Assembly: GCA_012295275.1 (NCBI GenBank)
Contig: CM022678.1
Coordinates: 16,864,001 to 16,928,000 of the forward strand
Source of the DNA: Chrysomallon squamiferum
Taxonomy: Eukaryota > Animalia > Mollusca
Direction: 5' to 3'
DNA length: 64,000 nt
A program made the translations under genes and the position numbers. Of the stretch, positions 1 to 24,545 are shown piece after piece; positions within the stretch are counted from its first letter, which is position 1, and every line of letters begins with the position of its first letter. The notes beneath the pieces are model-generated. The model saw only the letters and a program-made list of their open reading frames with translations. It made no database searches and was not told where the DNA came from.

Positions 1-13
1 TCAACTTTTTCAG

Positions 14-118
14 TTTCAGTTGAATGTTTCACATGTAAAGACAACGCAGACCTATGTACCTTTGAAATCTGCAAGGAACACGAAATGGACTGTATGAAGA
101 CTTGTCACGTTTGTACAG
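14..118 (+). CDS. ShK-like domain exon, copy 1
   Basis: SVECFT-CKDNADLCTFEICKEHEMDCMKTCHVCT; six Cys with the terminal CxKTCxxC pattern; AG/GT bounded, phase 1. Confidence 0.8.
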
Positions 119-2281
119 GTAAATTTATCACGGTTGCAGGATAGCAGAATCGAGAGGAGAAGTATAGACCAGAAGGATAGTTCATATGTTAAGTAAGGAT
201 ACATACACAAAACAGTTGATATCCTAGTAAAATTTAAATATACACAGGATAGTTGTATTAAGTAACAACAGACACGCAGAATATTTATATAAGCACAGAT
301 AAACAGAATATTTGGTATGGTAAATAAGAATAGTTAACTAGGATAGATGAAACATACACATATCAGCTAGAACAGTTACCGCATACGAACGGATATATTA
401 AGAAGGATTTCTGCAGAATACAGTCAAACTAGATATGTTATTCAGAATTCCATGACAGTAGACATAATTTAGGTAGGATTGATACCCATGATAGATAATA
501 GCACAAAGGAAAGCTACGTATTAGGCAGGATAGCTTGTATAAGTACGATATGTGTACAGGTTACAGCTATGCTAAGATACGATTGATGGATTCACGTAAT
601 AGTTGGTATCCCAGTATACTAGATATACTTGAAAAAATAGATATATACGATGTAACGGCTGGCAGTTTAATTTTGTAACTGCACACAACCACATACGAAC
701 ATGCAGACACCAAATACAAAACAGTCACAAAAACATGAACATTTTTAATGTGTGTTAATAAATATAACGATTTTTCTTTTTGTACACATGCATACTGAGA
801 TACATTATTTCTCTTTTAATTTCAGTAAGTCAACACAGTTAATATGATTTGCTCGTGCACCCAATCCTTCTGTCTGCTCTCTCAATTTATCTTTTAATTA
901 CTGCAAATGTGGTAGCAGTGCACACACACCCTCCTCTAAATCTCGGTAAATTAATACGAGTAATTCTATTTTTATACGAGGGGTGTTCTGAGGGTTATTA
1001 CCATGGTGATGGCGACAGCTGTCTTTCCTTTTCTGTCAAAGACACAAAACATTCACCAAGTTACAAAGAAAAATGTAATATATTTTGTTCCAGTAAGAAA
1101 ACACATGGTAAAGATTGTAATAAGACCTGTAGGGACAGATGCTTGGATAGAATATGTTACAAATAGACGAGTGATTGTGAACGTTGTCCTTCTCGATTCT
1201 CTGGACCACGTTGTCAGCAGCACTGTAATAACACCGACGTCAAAGGTTTCTGCATCGGTGACTGTTTCTCTGGGTTCTTTGGTCCAAAGTGCGAAGAAGG
1301 GTGTCCAGTCGGATGTAAAGACAAAGTCTGCAACAAAACGACGGGAGAGTGTTCACTATGCCCTGAAGGATTTTGGGATACAACTTGTCAGCTTCGTTGT
1401 TCAGATAACTGTCTAAACAATTCCAGTAATGAAAGCGGCAAATGTTCTGTAGGTTGTAAAGTTGGGTTTTTCGGAATGAACTGCTCAAAGACATGCAACG
1501 CGAACTGTCTACATCAGGTATGTAAGAGGGAAAACAGATCGTGTACGGATGGCTGTGTTTCTAGTGAATACTACGGAGACTTTTGCGACAAAGACTGTCC
1601 TCATCGTTGTGTGAATTCCACCTGTGATCGTACAACTGGGAAATGTAAGAACAGATGGAAAGGAACGGATATTTATGGCACATTTTGCAACAATTCTTGT
1701 GGCTCAGTATGTCGTGTTCGATGTGAAAATATCTCCGAATACGTTCTATGCAGGGCGGTTTGTGTCAGCGGAAGAAAGGGAGAACATTAATGATAATAAT
1801 AATAGTAATAATAATAATGAAAATAACATCAAGAAGAAATATTTAGGAAGAAGGAAAAAATAAAAAATAACATAATCGTAAAAGTTCCTTTAGTGCAGTG
1901 ATGACAATAATTGCAATAACAGTTGTGATTATAAATTAATCTTTCAATTTCCGTATCTAGAAAAAGGAAGAAAAGATCTAAAAAGAATCAGCGACGTGCA
2001 CGACGACGTATGGAAAGCCTAATTCGAGCACGTATTAACCAGATACATCATGTGGAAATGCAACCAGGTTTTGTAATTTAATTAATTACGATATAATGAT
2101 GGTGATAGCAATAGCACCAACACCGGCACTAGTAACACTACTGAAAGAAGAAATAGAACAAAAAACAAAACAACAAAATACATGCCGCACACACAAACAC
2201 ACCAAGACAAAACAACAACAGCCATGTCCACCATCAGAACCTACATTATCAAACAACAGTAAGAAGAAACTGCATCAGCTC

Positions 2282-2334
<53 letters not shown>

Positions 2335-3047
2335 GCAGTAGTAAGTAGTAGTAGTATTTTTATGGTGATGATGATAATATTAAGTATTTCAAAATAATCA
2401 GAAGAATTTCAATATTTTTATGCTAATGTTTTGACGTATAAGTTACAAGATACAAAACTCTTAATATTAACACTTAATGTTAAACTGTGACGAGACGTCG
2501 TGAAAGAAATATTGATTGATTGATTGAATGATTTTGTTATCTTCAGCAACCAGGCAGAGAAATTCCGACACGTCATTAGATGCTACGGGTGGAGTCCGTT
2601 GCCATAGCAGTCCATCTCATCCCTCAGCTGCGGATGGCATAGTGATCACGTATGATGAAAATGATGATGATAATGATAGTCATCATTATGAGTACATAGA
2701 TGACTGCATGATATCGTCTTAATAATAGCACAGGAATGTCTTCAAACGTTCCTCAGAACGAGACTGAAGAATTCGAAATGGAAAACGAGACCTTCTACGA
2801 AATACCCTATATTATAAACGTCTAACATCTAACAATGCAAACAACACGAACGATGTCGTGCCGCTTCTAGAGTCCGAGCAAGATGAAAGTGTTGATATTA
2901 AACATTTCCACACGTATGTGTACAATATGAGTCTTATGAATTGTTTCCAGCTTGAATTTCAGGTAAAGACTTGCTATTGGTTTTCTTCTCTTTTTTCTTC
3001 TTAAATATTTGTTGTTATTGTTATTGTTATTACTATTATTGATTTCA

Positions 3048-3079
<32 letters not shown>

Positions 3080-4488
3080 TTTGTTATTATTATTATTATT
3101 TTGTTTTTATTGTTATTTATTGATTGATTAATTATTGATCGTTATATTTATTATAATAATTTGACAATATTTTTCCTTAAAAGAATGCATTTTCTGAGTA
3201 ATTAATTGATATATGTACTTACTTATTGTCGTTTTAGAATTTATATTATGCATAATTGATCAATGGACGTATCGAATTGAATTTTTATATATTCATGTAT
3301 AATCACAGACACTACAAATCTCAGCCGTACAAACATAAGAAATAAAAATCATTAATTACGGTTCCCTTTTCAGTTTTTACAGAAAGTAAATTTATATTCT
3401 ACCAACATAGCAGACAAGATAGAAAATTTTCTTAAAAACAGATACAGGAATATAAAGCCATGTAAGTACAAAGGTGAACTATTATGTCGTTATTTTCCCT
3501 GTCTCGCTTGTTCTTGTTTTTGGTTTGTTGTATTTTTGTTTACTTTTTGTTGTTGTTGTTGTTGCTGGTCTTTGAAATCCGAAAATTCTTTTCGACTATC
3601 TGAAAGACTGATATCATAATTTTCACTACATAATTATTAAAAATATTACATAAAATTATCTGTAGACTATCTGTATTAATCGTAAATAGAGCTACTACTC
3701 CTATTGCTATTACTACTACTGCTATTACTAAACTCCTTTTTCTAGTTATTATTATTATTATTATTATTTTTATTATTTAACAGAAATTATATATTTTATT
3801 AATATATATATATATATATATAATATATATATATATTTTTTTTATTTGAAATAGTTTTAATTGAAGTTTACTCAAATTATATCCTAAGCATTTACACCTT
3901 TAATAAGAGTATTATTGTTTCTTTTTGTTTTGAATTATTTGAAAAGATGATTACAACAGAGTGACGCTTGAGGTAATTCCTGGAATCCCAGTCTCAGATT
4001 ATATCAACGCCAGTTTTATTGATGAAAGCTTATTTACTTATTTATTTATTTATATTTTTTTTTTATTTATCTATTTACTTTCCTATTAATTTCTTCAATT
4101 TAATTTTAATTTTAATTTTTTATTCATTACATATATTAATTTTCATATATTTGTTAACAAATACAAAAGTTTATACATATACAGTTTATCAAACACACAC
4201 ATTCATACATACACACAGCAACACATATTCATACATAAACACACACAGAAACACACACACAAATGCACGCACTTCCAATTATGATTTTTTATTTACTTAC
4301 ATATTTATATACATTTGAAATTCATTAATTATATTACTTTCAGTTCAGGGCTATCACAAATCAAAGTGGTATATTGCAGCACAAGGTCCTACAGAAAAGA
4401 CAGCAGCTGATTTCTGGAGAATGGTTTGGGAGGTCAACTCTACTCATATCATAATGCTTACGAATTTAGTTGATAGCAACAAGGTTTG

Positions 4489-4621
<133 letters not shown>

Positions 4622-7159
4622 GTCAGTGAATAATTTATATATATATTTGGAATTTCATTCTTTATGTTTAAATCTCTCTCTTTCTCCCTGTCTCTTTGTG
4701 TAGATAGGTAGATAGAGAGACAGAAAGATGAGATTTTAAACGTAAATAAATAAATTAAAATCATGTGTTATTTATAGTTTTGTATGTGTCTTTAAGAAAA
4801 AGAGAGAAAGAATTCTGTTTAGTAATATCTCTTACAGTCAAAATGTCCACTTTACTGGCCTAACACGGAAACTAAGAGCAAGACGTATGAAGACATTATG
4901 GTCGAACTGAAACAAGTTGAAGTTCATCCAACAAACACTTCTAGGATTTTTAATCTTTCGAAGGTTTGTTGATATTTAAGTTTTAACCCATCAGAAAGTT
5001 TGTTAGGTCCTAAAGTTTTTTTTTTTTTTTTGTTATTTTTTTCTGGTACTGTAAATACATAGTTCATCCATATGTACATACCTATATGCATGCATACATA
5101 ATACGCAACACACATACATACATACATACATATACATATATATATACATATACATATATATATATATATATATACATACATTTATTTATTTGTTTATTTA
5201 CTTATTAGATAATTAATTGATTAAATCTTATGTATTTGTTTACTTGTGTTTACTTATTTACTTATTTAATTGATAATTATTTATTTTCTTTCCCTTTTTT
5301 TTTCTCTGCTCCTTCCTTTATGTATTTGTTTGTTTGTCTGTTTATTTGATTCGTTTATGTATTAAGAAACGTAATCCGGAATTGACAAGAACTGTAACAC
5401 AACTACACTACATGGACTGGATGGACAAACAAGTTCCAAACAATGCACATGCATTGCTTCATTTTATCCTGTATGTGAGGGGGCTCAGAGATAGGGGGAT
5501 GATCATCCGTTAATAGTTCACTGCAGGTATAGTAGGTAACTGTTCTAATTAATTTTGTTTTATTTAGTACAAATATAAAAAAACATAAAGAAAAAAAGAA
5601 AGAAAGAAAAAAGGAAAGAAAGAAATAGTTTTGTGAATAAATGAAGAAATAAAATTATTAATGAATTACAGCATACTAAATAATAATTGACAGTGTCGTT
5701 CTCTTTTCAACTATGCAACTTCTGGCTAGTTTTCTAATTAATACAAAAATGGAAATGATATATCAGTAGCTATTTTGAAATCTGCATTATAATATTTTTT
5801 TTCGCATTGATCTTCTTCTTCATGTTTCATTTTCCTCAGTTGAAATACAATTCATTTGTAAATTTACTAAAATTGTTTTCATTCCAGTGATGGTGTTGGA
5901 CGAACAGGTACTTTCATAGCTATAGATTATCTTCTTGACCAGGCACTGACCAAAGGAAAACTTCATGTACTTGGTTGTGTGTCACGATTAAAAAAACAAC
6001 GAATTCAAATGGTGCCAACTTTTGTGAGTATTTTGGATTATCTACTCATTAGAAATCATTATTTATATGCAGTTATCATTATGTTATTATTATCGTTGTG
6101 ATTGTTGTTGTTGTTGTTGTTGTTGTTTTTATTATTATTATTATTATTATTACTATTATTATTATTACTATTGTTATTATTATTACTATTTCCTTTATGT
6201 GTTTGATTTGGGTTTGTTTGTTCTTGTAGTTTCTTTCTTTACAAAATCTATTATTTTTATTTTTCGTTTCAGATGCAGTACAATTTTATTCATCAACTTC
6301 TGTTAGATTGGTTGTTATTATTCAAGATGAAAAGGAAAAAATGTATTAAAAAAAAACGACTTTTCAGTCTGAATTTTTGTTCTTTTAGCGAACCTGAATT
6401 TTTCCGTAATTCAGATGGCAGAAATTATAAAGAAGAAAGTATCTTCATTGGAAAGAAACAGAAATTAATTAAAGTACATTAATTGTATTGGAACCCAGAA
6501 TGAAAACAAATAATTTGTTGCTTAATTTCCAAAACCTTTCTGATGAGAAAGGAGAGAAATAGGCATGAAAGAAGAAATTTCTATAATTCAGATGGCTGCT
6601 CCTATAATGAGTAATGTGACCAATGTAAACAAACTAAAATGTATTCTAGGCTGGCCATTTCCATTTTTTTTTTTTGAAAAGGAAAACAATGAAACCACTT
6701 TTGTGACACTTGTATTAAACAATGTGTGAGCATAGGGCTGGTCAGTAAGATTTGGGGGAGGGGACTGTGGACCGCCTGACTCCCCCGGAAGCCCCAACTT
6801 GAAAGATGCAAAATCCTCGACTCTATCTATTTCCTGGCATCTTTTTCCTAGTGAAGTAACCATAACTTTTTATGATTTAATATTCGTATTTTCTAATTTA
6901 CCAGGATTTTTTCGAAATCCATGTATACAAGAAATGCACTAAACTAACGCCAGTAGAATCAATGGCAATTGCATTAATGTCCCTGGTAGCACTTAAGAAT
7001 AAATATAACGGAATAGTGATTTATATTTTATATATTATAAATAAATAAAAATTACGGCGGTGTTACTTCTTTTACATCAAAGTTATTTCTTTTCACTATA
7101 ACACTTTTGTAAATAAATTTAAAATACACGCGGATGGACACACACACACACACACACTA

Positions 7160-7345
7160 TTTCTAATTTGTAAATACATTTTTCTGATTTAAAAACACGT
7201 TACAAATATATGGGGTGGTTTGGGGACCTTGGGACTAATAGCATTTCAATTAATTTCATTTGGGAAAATTCATTTCATATACGTCATAATTGATTTACGA
7301 GCTCGGTCAGGGAACGAATTAAACTCGTAAGTCAACATACCACTG
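7160..7345 (+). mobile_element. Right-end fragment of a Tigger/pogo-like element
   Basis: Ends CTCGTAAGTCAACATACCACTG followed by TA, complementary to the left TIR at 50713; internal sequence matches ~51270-51450. Confidence 0.75.
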
Positions 7346-7448
7346 TATTTCCAGTGGCTAGGAAACCTGTTCTAAATATAGACAAGCGAGCGTGTAAAAT
7401 ACGGGTAACATGTCTATTTTTAGAACTTAGCTAATCCCGTGACCTACA

Positions 7449-7462
7449 AGGAAACTGAAACT
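7449..7462 (+). promoter_or_regulatory. ISRE/IRF-binding-like element in the copy 2 promoter
   Basis: AGGAAACTGAAACT fits GAAANNGAAACT, ~195 nt upstream of the ATG; kept in five paralogous promoters. Confidence 0.6.
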
Positions 7463-7656
7463 GCAGGACATTATAGAATTTTAGTGGGAAAATATCAGTA
7501 TCTTTTGTTTTATCTTCTTTTTTCTTCGTCTTAACATATTGAAACAGTGTGTTACGTATAGAAGAACATATACTTGAAACTCGAATAACTTTCTGGCTCA
7601 CGAATTTACAACAACATTGAGATAAACGATTCTTAATCACGGAAGTTGAATTAAAA

Positions 7657-17185
<9,529 letters not shown>

Positions 17186-18115
17186 GAACGGGTGATGTAA
17201 CAGAAGCTGACTGCAAACAAAGAAGAGGAAAATAAAAAAAAAATCTATTAAAAAAAAGAAGATTTTTCAGTCAGAATCTTTGTTCTTTTTATGAACCTGA
17301 ATCATTCCGTAATTCAGATGGCAAGAATTATAAAGGAGAAAGTATCTTCATTGGAAAGAAACCGAAATTAATGAAAGTGCATTAATTGTATTGGAATCTT
17401 GAATCAAAAGAAATAATTTGTTGCTGAATTTCCAAAACGTTTCTGATGGGAAAGGAAAAACAAAAAATAGGCCTGAGAGAAATGTGTGTCAACCAGAAAG
17501 AAGACATTTCTATAATTAAGATGGCTGCTCCTATAATGAGTAAAGTGACCAATGTAAACAAACTAAAATGTATTCTAGGCTGGCCATTTCCAGTTTAATT
17601 TTCAAAACGAAAACATTTAAACCACATTTGTGACACTTGTATTAAACGTATATTCAATATGTTTAATGATGAGTGAAATGTAAAATGTCTATATATTTTT
17701 ATTTGTAAATATCTGTAACTGACAATACGTGACAATTACATTTTTTGAAGAACAGAGCAAAATGAATGTTTACATTCAGACCGTTAGAAAACTGAGATAG
17801 TAAAAATTTGCTTGAGTGTGTCTATATGTTTGTGAGTGTCCCTTTAGCTCTTTTTATTTACATATCAATTTTATACAGAATCTGCTTTGAAAAATATTGT
17901 TTTGTAAATGGAAGATCAGATAACCTTTTTTCCTGTTTTAAACTAATAACAATAATTCAGTAGTGTGATAAGGGATACTATAAAACAATAATAATAGCAT
18001 TAACATCAACTGTTATAATAAAAATTTTAAATCCAGTAAATTTTCTTATCATTTTCTTCTTCTTCCATAGGCAGGATGGAATCTGTCATATAGAGATGTA
18101 TGCAAAAGTTAGTGT

Positions 18116-18590
<475 letters not shown>

Positions 18591-18972
18591 GTGTGTTTCT
18601 GTATATATTTAAATTTATGGGGTTTTTGTTATGTGTTTGCATGTTTGTATGTGTGTATTCTGATACGTGTATGTGTGTCTGTTTATATGTGTATACCTGC
18701 GGGTATTCATAAATGTCTTAGTGAGCCTGTTTGAGAGTGGTTATATGTGTTTGTTTGTGTGTTTGTGTGTGCTTTTGTGTTTGTGTGTGTGTGTGTGCAG
18801 ACTTTTTAACATTATATCAGTAGAGATGACTCTTGTAAAATTACATCCTTAATGAGCAGATGACAAACAAAACTATTATACTAGAAATACATGATATCCA
18901 AACATTTTACTGATCAAAATATCATTTTTATACAGATTTTAAATTAAAATATTTGTATAATAAAAAAACATC

Positions 18973-19033
<61 letters not shown>

Positions 19034-19217
19034 TAATAGTTATAATAATAATATTTCCTTCAGTTATATGTTTCTTATATATATATATCGAGGATATATT
19101 TTCACACTTAAATGCTGTTTGTTTTATTATTACTTATTTTAATTTGTATGTCTTTTTCCTACATGAAACTGCTTTTCTTTTCACTGTATCACGTTTGCAA
19201 ATAATGTAAAATCGTAC

Positions 19218-19264
<47 letters not shown>

Positions 19265-19489
19265 GAAGAAGAAGAAGAAGAAGAATAATAATAAGAATAA
19301 TAATAATAAATAAATAAATAAATAAATAAATATTTTATTCTGTCTAAGAATGTCCCTGCCTTGAGGTGTGTGTATGTAGCTGTATTAACACACTAATTAA
19401 TAAATGTAATGTTTCCCCTCGCCGGCCTTTTAGTTTTATTTAACAACAATGAGTGATATTTATAAATATCTATGCGGTGTTTTTATTCC

Positions 19490-20470
19490 GGTCGCCATGA
19501 CCTCAGTCCGAGTGAAGAAAATATTTTCGGCGTGCTGAAATATGAAAAACATGTTAAAATAGTCTGTTACGTTTAGAAGAACAGACACTGGATAACCTTT
19601 TATTTAACACATAAGTAAAAGTAAATGTAATTCCGTCCAAATAAACCTTAATTTACAAAAGTGAGTACACTATAAAAATACCTGGGAGCTGTTTCTTTTT
19701 CTGTAGCCGTGACGTCATTACGCATAGGATGTACCCTTTTTCTCTATAGCAGAGGCGATTAACCTTGTCGATAGTGCCGATAGGCAGCCGTTTGACTGAT
19801 TGCTGTGGCCGTTTTGCCTTTTTGTTTAGATCCTTTTCTAGGGTTCCTTCCTACGATGATCATTGTTTGTGTAGCCTGAATCCAATTAATAGCGGCATTT
19901 GTGTTCTTCCATTAGTGTGACAGAACGGAGGAAGTCTCCATTTTCAGTGCGACAACTGCTTCAAAAGCGAGAGCGATTTTCGGCAACTCGTTTTTACGTC
20001 ATATGAGGAACTGTTAAATATTTAATCATTAAACTTTGATGAATAATTACTTAAACTTTTACTTAAATTTTAGTAAATAGTATTTAAGTTTAAAATCTTA
20101 ATTCTTAAATTATTGTGTGTTTCATGGACGTTCGAACTTTCCAAGGTTTAAAGTGGGTGATGACATGAAAAATGATTGCCTCGCTTTATTCTACATATTA
20201 TCTCTCGGCACAAAGACACAGACATATGCTATGTACAGGATATGGTAGTCAAAATAGAAGAAGAAAAACAACAGTATCAAAAATGAAAAACAAAACTCTT
20301 TAAGAATAAAAAAAAACAATAATAATAATAAATGAAACAAACCTAATAAATAATTAAATAAATAAAATTAGACAAAAAATCATTTTATAACCAAAACAAT
20401 GTACTTACGTACGTATTTATGTACATATGTATGTATGCATGTGTGTATGTATATTTGCATGTATATATGT
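19490..20470 (+). other. Relic 5' region of a receptor copy (upstream and intron-1-like sequence; no ISRE or signal exon seen)
   Basis: 19495-19560 resembles 56610-56710; 19700-19830 resembles 8560-8690; 19990-20170 resembles 9265-9390 and 23860-24000. Confidence 0.55.
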
Positions 20471-20479
20471 TAGTCAGTT

Positions 20480-22150
20480 TGTAAACCCAGTCATTTGGCC
20501 TAATGCCTGAAATGTTTGGGCATTTAGCCTAACACCCAAGACCGTCAGGCGTTTGGACTAATGTCTAAAATTTCCAGGGATTAGGCCAACCGACTGAAAT
20601 AGAACTCTAGTCATTAGGCAAAATGACTGAATGAAAACGAATGACTTACAATTACATGAAAACATTTGTTTCGTAACACATCTATTTATTACAGCAGTTA
20701 AAACTTGAGTGACACCTTGAATTCCAGAAAAGACTCTGCGTAAAACAATTAAAACGTTTTGTTTCACACCTCTTTGTTCCCGCACATTTTCATTTCACAA
20801 ATCCTTGTCGACCTGCGGAATTACTCCTTTGACACTGCTGCTCTAAGAGGCATTGTGCATTCTCTGGTCACGTCATTGTCATCAGTATTTACAATCACTC
20901 CCAGCAGGTTCCAGGGATCACCACGGCCCCTGTTCTCGGCTTCAATAGTCACTGCCACGTTGTCTCCTTCTTGTCTAGCGGTCAACACAAAACAACTGCG
21001 TTTTATCATCCGCTCAGCTTCCTAAAATTGAGCGTCTCTGGCGAGTTTTCTGTTCGTGCTGATGTACGATGTCGACACAGGAACTGTTTTCGGCAGCAAC
21101 TGGTCATCCTTGGAGTTGAAAGGCACCTGTTCAAACTCAGAGTTTGGTAGCGGTCGCTAAAATGAAATAAATTTACAGATAAATATGTGGTGTTTGGAAA
21201 ATTGCGGGAAGGCAAATTTCATAATATTTTTATAGCAATTTTGTGTACTTCTTGACCAGTCAAACTGCTAGAATTTATCCTGAATGTTACAATACTTGTT
21301 AGAAATGTATGAACGACATTCGCCATAAAAAAAGAGAAACGGTTCTCCTCAAGAGAACATACTCCAGTTCCTTGCGTCATTCCCGATCATCCAGGCTACT
21401 ATCAGATCTCTAATGTCTGAGTTTCGTCGCTGTACAGAGTCCTGGCTTCGGACGTGTCTTCGTTTCCCGTGCACAGTAACCAAATCGGTCCACGATCCCA
21501 GCAGTTCCTTGACTTCAACAACTGTAAACGCGGATCCGTTGACACTTTGCAAGACACGAGAAGCTCCAAACATCAGGAAGATGTCAGAGAATACAGAAGT
21601 TAGTCAAATTACCCTGGTAAACCATGACCCACTTGTACTTTCTACTTGGTAAGGACTGCATGTCCACAAGATCCACTTGACCACGTGACGAAAACTCCTT
21701 AGTCAGAATAGGTTTTATTACCGCAGCTTTGGTTGTTGTCCTCTTGTGTTTCTGTTGACAGTCCGTGCATAACGACTTGAACAGTTCGATAGCTTGACGT
21801 TCACATTCACATATTTGTTGTATAGTTCTTTTAGCATTCCATCACGTCCAGGTGTGCCTCCTTGATAACTTCAAAGGAATATTCAATGGAAACGTAGTAG
21901 AGAGGAGTTTCTTCATCTGTTTGGCGCTTCTTAGTCTGTTTCTGCACTGATAAACAAATTATTATATGAAATTATATATTAATGTCTCTTGTATTTTTCT
22001 GGTATATTTTTCTCGCATTTAATAACATAGGATCATTACATTCAAATATATAGTGATATTCATCTCCAGTTTTGTTAGGATTACAAATATGACATTTTCT
22101 CTCTTCTCTTAAACCATCGTCCAGTTTGAAAAGGATCTTGAACCTTGAAA
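20480..22150 (-). mobile_element. Decayed Ginger/GIN-type integrase element (KRBA2/SCAND3-like rve integrase)
   Basis: Minus strand: VIKPILTKEFSSRGQVDLVDMQS, FGASRVLQSVNGSAF, HGKRRHVRSQDSVQRRNSDI, Cys-rich end RCHSSFNCCNK-stop (~20682). Multiple frameshifts. Repeat-rich inverted terminus at 20480-20650. Confidence 0.8.
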
Positions 22151-23067
22151 ATATTAACCTGCAAGCTGTTGTGAAGCACGTTGAAAAGGAAGATTGTGCC
22201 CTATTTTATACATGATGTAACAATAAAACTACCATTAATCCCTACCATCTAATTGGTCTTTGATGTTAGAATAACACAACAATAAGGCAAAATAGAGTGT
22301 AAATAATATTCTTTAAATTATGTTTCTCTATTATCAGTGTTTGATACATATGTAACTGTTTTATGGTGGTGAGATAAAGAGTTTTCATAAAGTGGATGCT
22401 ATTCAGAACATTAACTTAGATTTTCTTTTAATATTTTAAAAGTTTAAGGTTTCAACCACAACTATTGTGAATTGGACAGATTTCCGTCAGTTTATGATTA
22501 AAAATTGCATGAAATTAATTAGAACAAAAAACTCTAGTATATATTATAGAAAAATAACTGGGTTACTTTTATTAGGAAAACTTTACATGAACTTGGGATT
22601 GGGATATGTCACGGGGCATCTAACACAGTCACATTTAGAACGTAATTAGCACGTCGTCACGAAGCAAAATTAGAATTCTGAAACAGGTGTAACACTCTTC
22701 CTCCAACATAGCACTAACTATGCATTAAGATCTCACTGTAACCGGTAGATAGCTGCCGATTTGGCTCGGCTCTAAGGGTATTCAGGGAACAAGGTCATAT
22801 GTGTATTTATAATCAGCCAACGTTAGATCACTAGAAAAAACAACACTAGTTCAGATTTAAATAAAATACGTATTATAGTATAAAAATATATATAGCCGTA
22901 GTACTTATTTCCCCTGATTTTCGTTTGTAAATTAAATAATTTATATATATATATATATATATATATACTATTTTTTGACTTATTCTTTTTCGTGTTGTTT
23001 TTATTTAATTTATTATTGTTTTTTCGTTTTTGTGATTTTTTATTATTTTTTATTTAATTTTCTTTTT

Positions 23068-23145
<78 letters not shown>

Positions 23146-24343
23146 TGATAGATATTGTATGTACAAGATATACTAAAGAGCTTGTATTAGAAGTCCGTCA
23201 TACAGGTTTGAAATATTTATACTGGTTTTTCAATGCTTTATTTAGTTTCTGTTTGAAGTAAAAACTGTTTGAATGGAACATTTTAAGTCGTATCTTTGTG
23301 CTTACTGCATGAACGTTATTTCGCATTGCGAACCAGAGATATTGATTTCAGTCTAAAGCGCCCTATATAGCCGCCACGTCGTTATGGGTTACCTATTATG
23401 TTTCAATCTTTTAAGCTGATCGGGATTATTCTACAAGCTTTCTTCGTACAAACAGACTCAAACAAACAAGTGCTCAGCCTCTTCTTATTATTTGTGTATC
23501 CAATATAAATGTTTTTGTTTAACGAAAGCGGTAGAAAACCTGTATGAAAAACTTTGGAGCAAATGACTCTTTTCATGAATACATCATTAGAAAGAGCGGT
23601 ATTTTATACAGTAAAGAAACACTGATTTCGTTGTTTTCCTCGCAGTTTTCAAAACAGAAATTTAAACCGCGGTCTTTGCTTACTGACTGACGGACGGACA
23701 GACAACAACGACGAAGACAAACGACGGCATCAATTCGATAAAATCTCAAATAATCTAGCAGGATCTACCTCAGGTAAAAGTGAGTATAAACCACAGTCTA
23801 ATCCTCTGAAGACCTCGTGTAATTTGTGATGTCTTAAGTTGTTGCATATTCGTTAACACGTTCTTACGTCATACCTGAAACTGTTAAGTTTGTAATCATT
23901 TTAATCAATAGTATTTGAGTTTAATCCCTTAATTCTGAAATTATTATGTGTTTTGTGGCCGTTCCAACTTTTCACTGTTTCAAACTGAATGATACCTGAA
24001 AATTGGCTGCCCTGAAACAACGATAACTAAAAATCTAACAAAATACACGAATAAATCAACAAAAAATCAAACAACATTATTTAGGAAATAAACAAACAAA
24101 CAAACAAAAAAAATAAATTAATTAATTAATAAATAAATAAATAAATAAATTCAATTACTCAGAAAATAACTTCATAACTAGATGTATCCGTGTATGTATG
24201 TATTTATGTTTGTACGTGAATATTTTCAATTTGTGTGGCTGACTGTATGACATAAATTTACGTTACTATTTACGAATATATGTGTGAATGAATTTATTTT
24301 TTAATGTATCTATGTATGAGTGTATGTATGTATGCGCGTGTGT

Positions 24344-24382
<39 letters not shown>

Positions 24383-24545
24383 GACACATGACTGTGTATA
24401 TAGATAAATGTACGTTTGTTTATTTTTCTATGCAAGTATTTACAGTTTCTTTGTATGAATGTGTGTAGTTTTATGGTGTGTATGTATGTATGTCTGTTTG
24501 TATATATAATGGTGCTAAGTATGATGTTTTTTTCAACTTGTTCAG

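Noticed and set aside
6588-6863. Minus-strand ORF repeated at 49885-50091
   Set aside because: Part of the duplicated intergenic unit with a G/C-rich block; the frames diverge between copies and no domain is recognised.
20480-20650. Short spaced repeats resembling a CRISPR array
   Set aside because: Eukaryotic context, irregular and partly inverted motifs at a transposon terminus, no cas genes.
23398-23470. MFQSFKLIGIILQAFFVQ as copy 3 signal peptide
   Set aside because: The frame is not kept in paralogous introns and there is no convincing donor.
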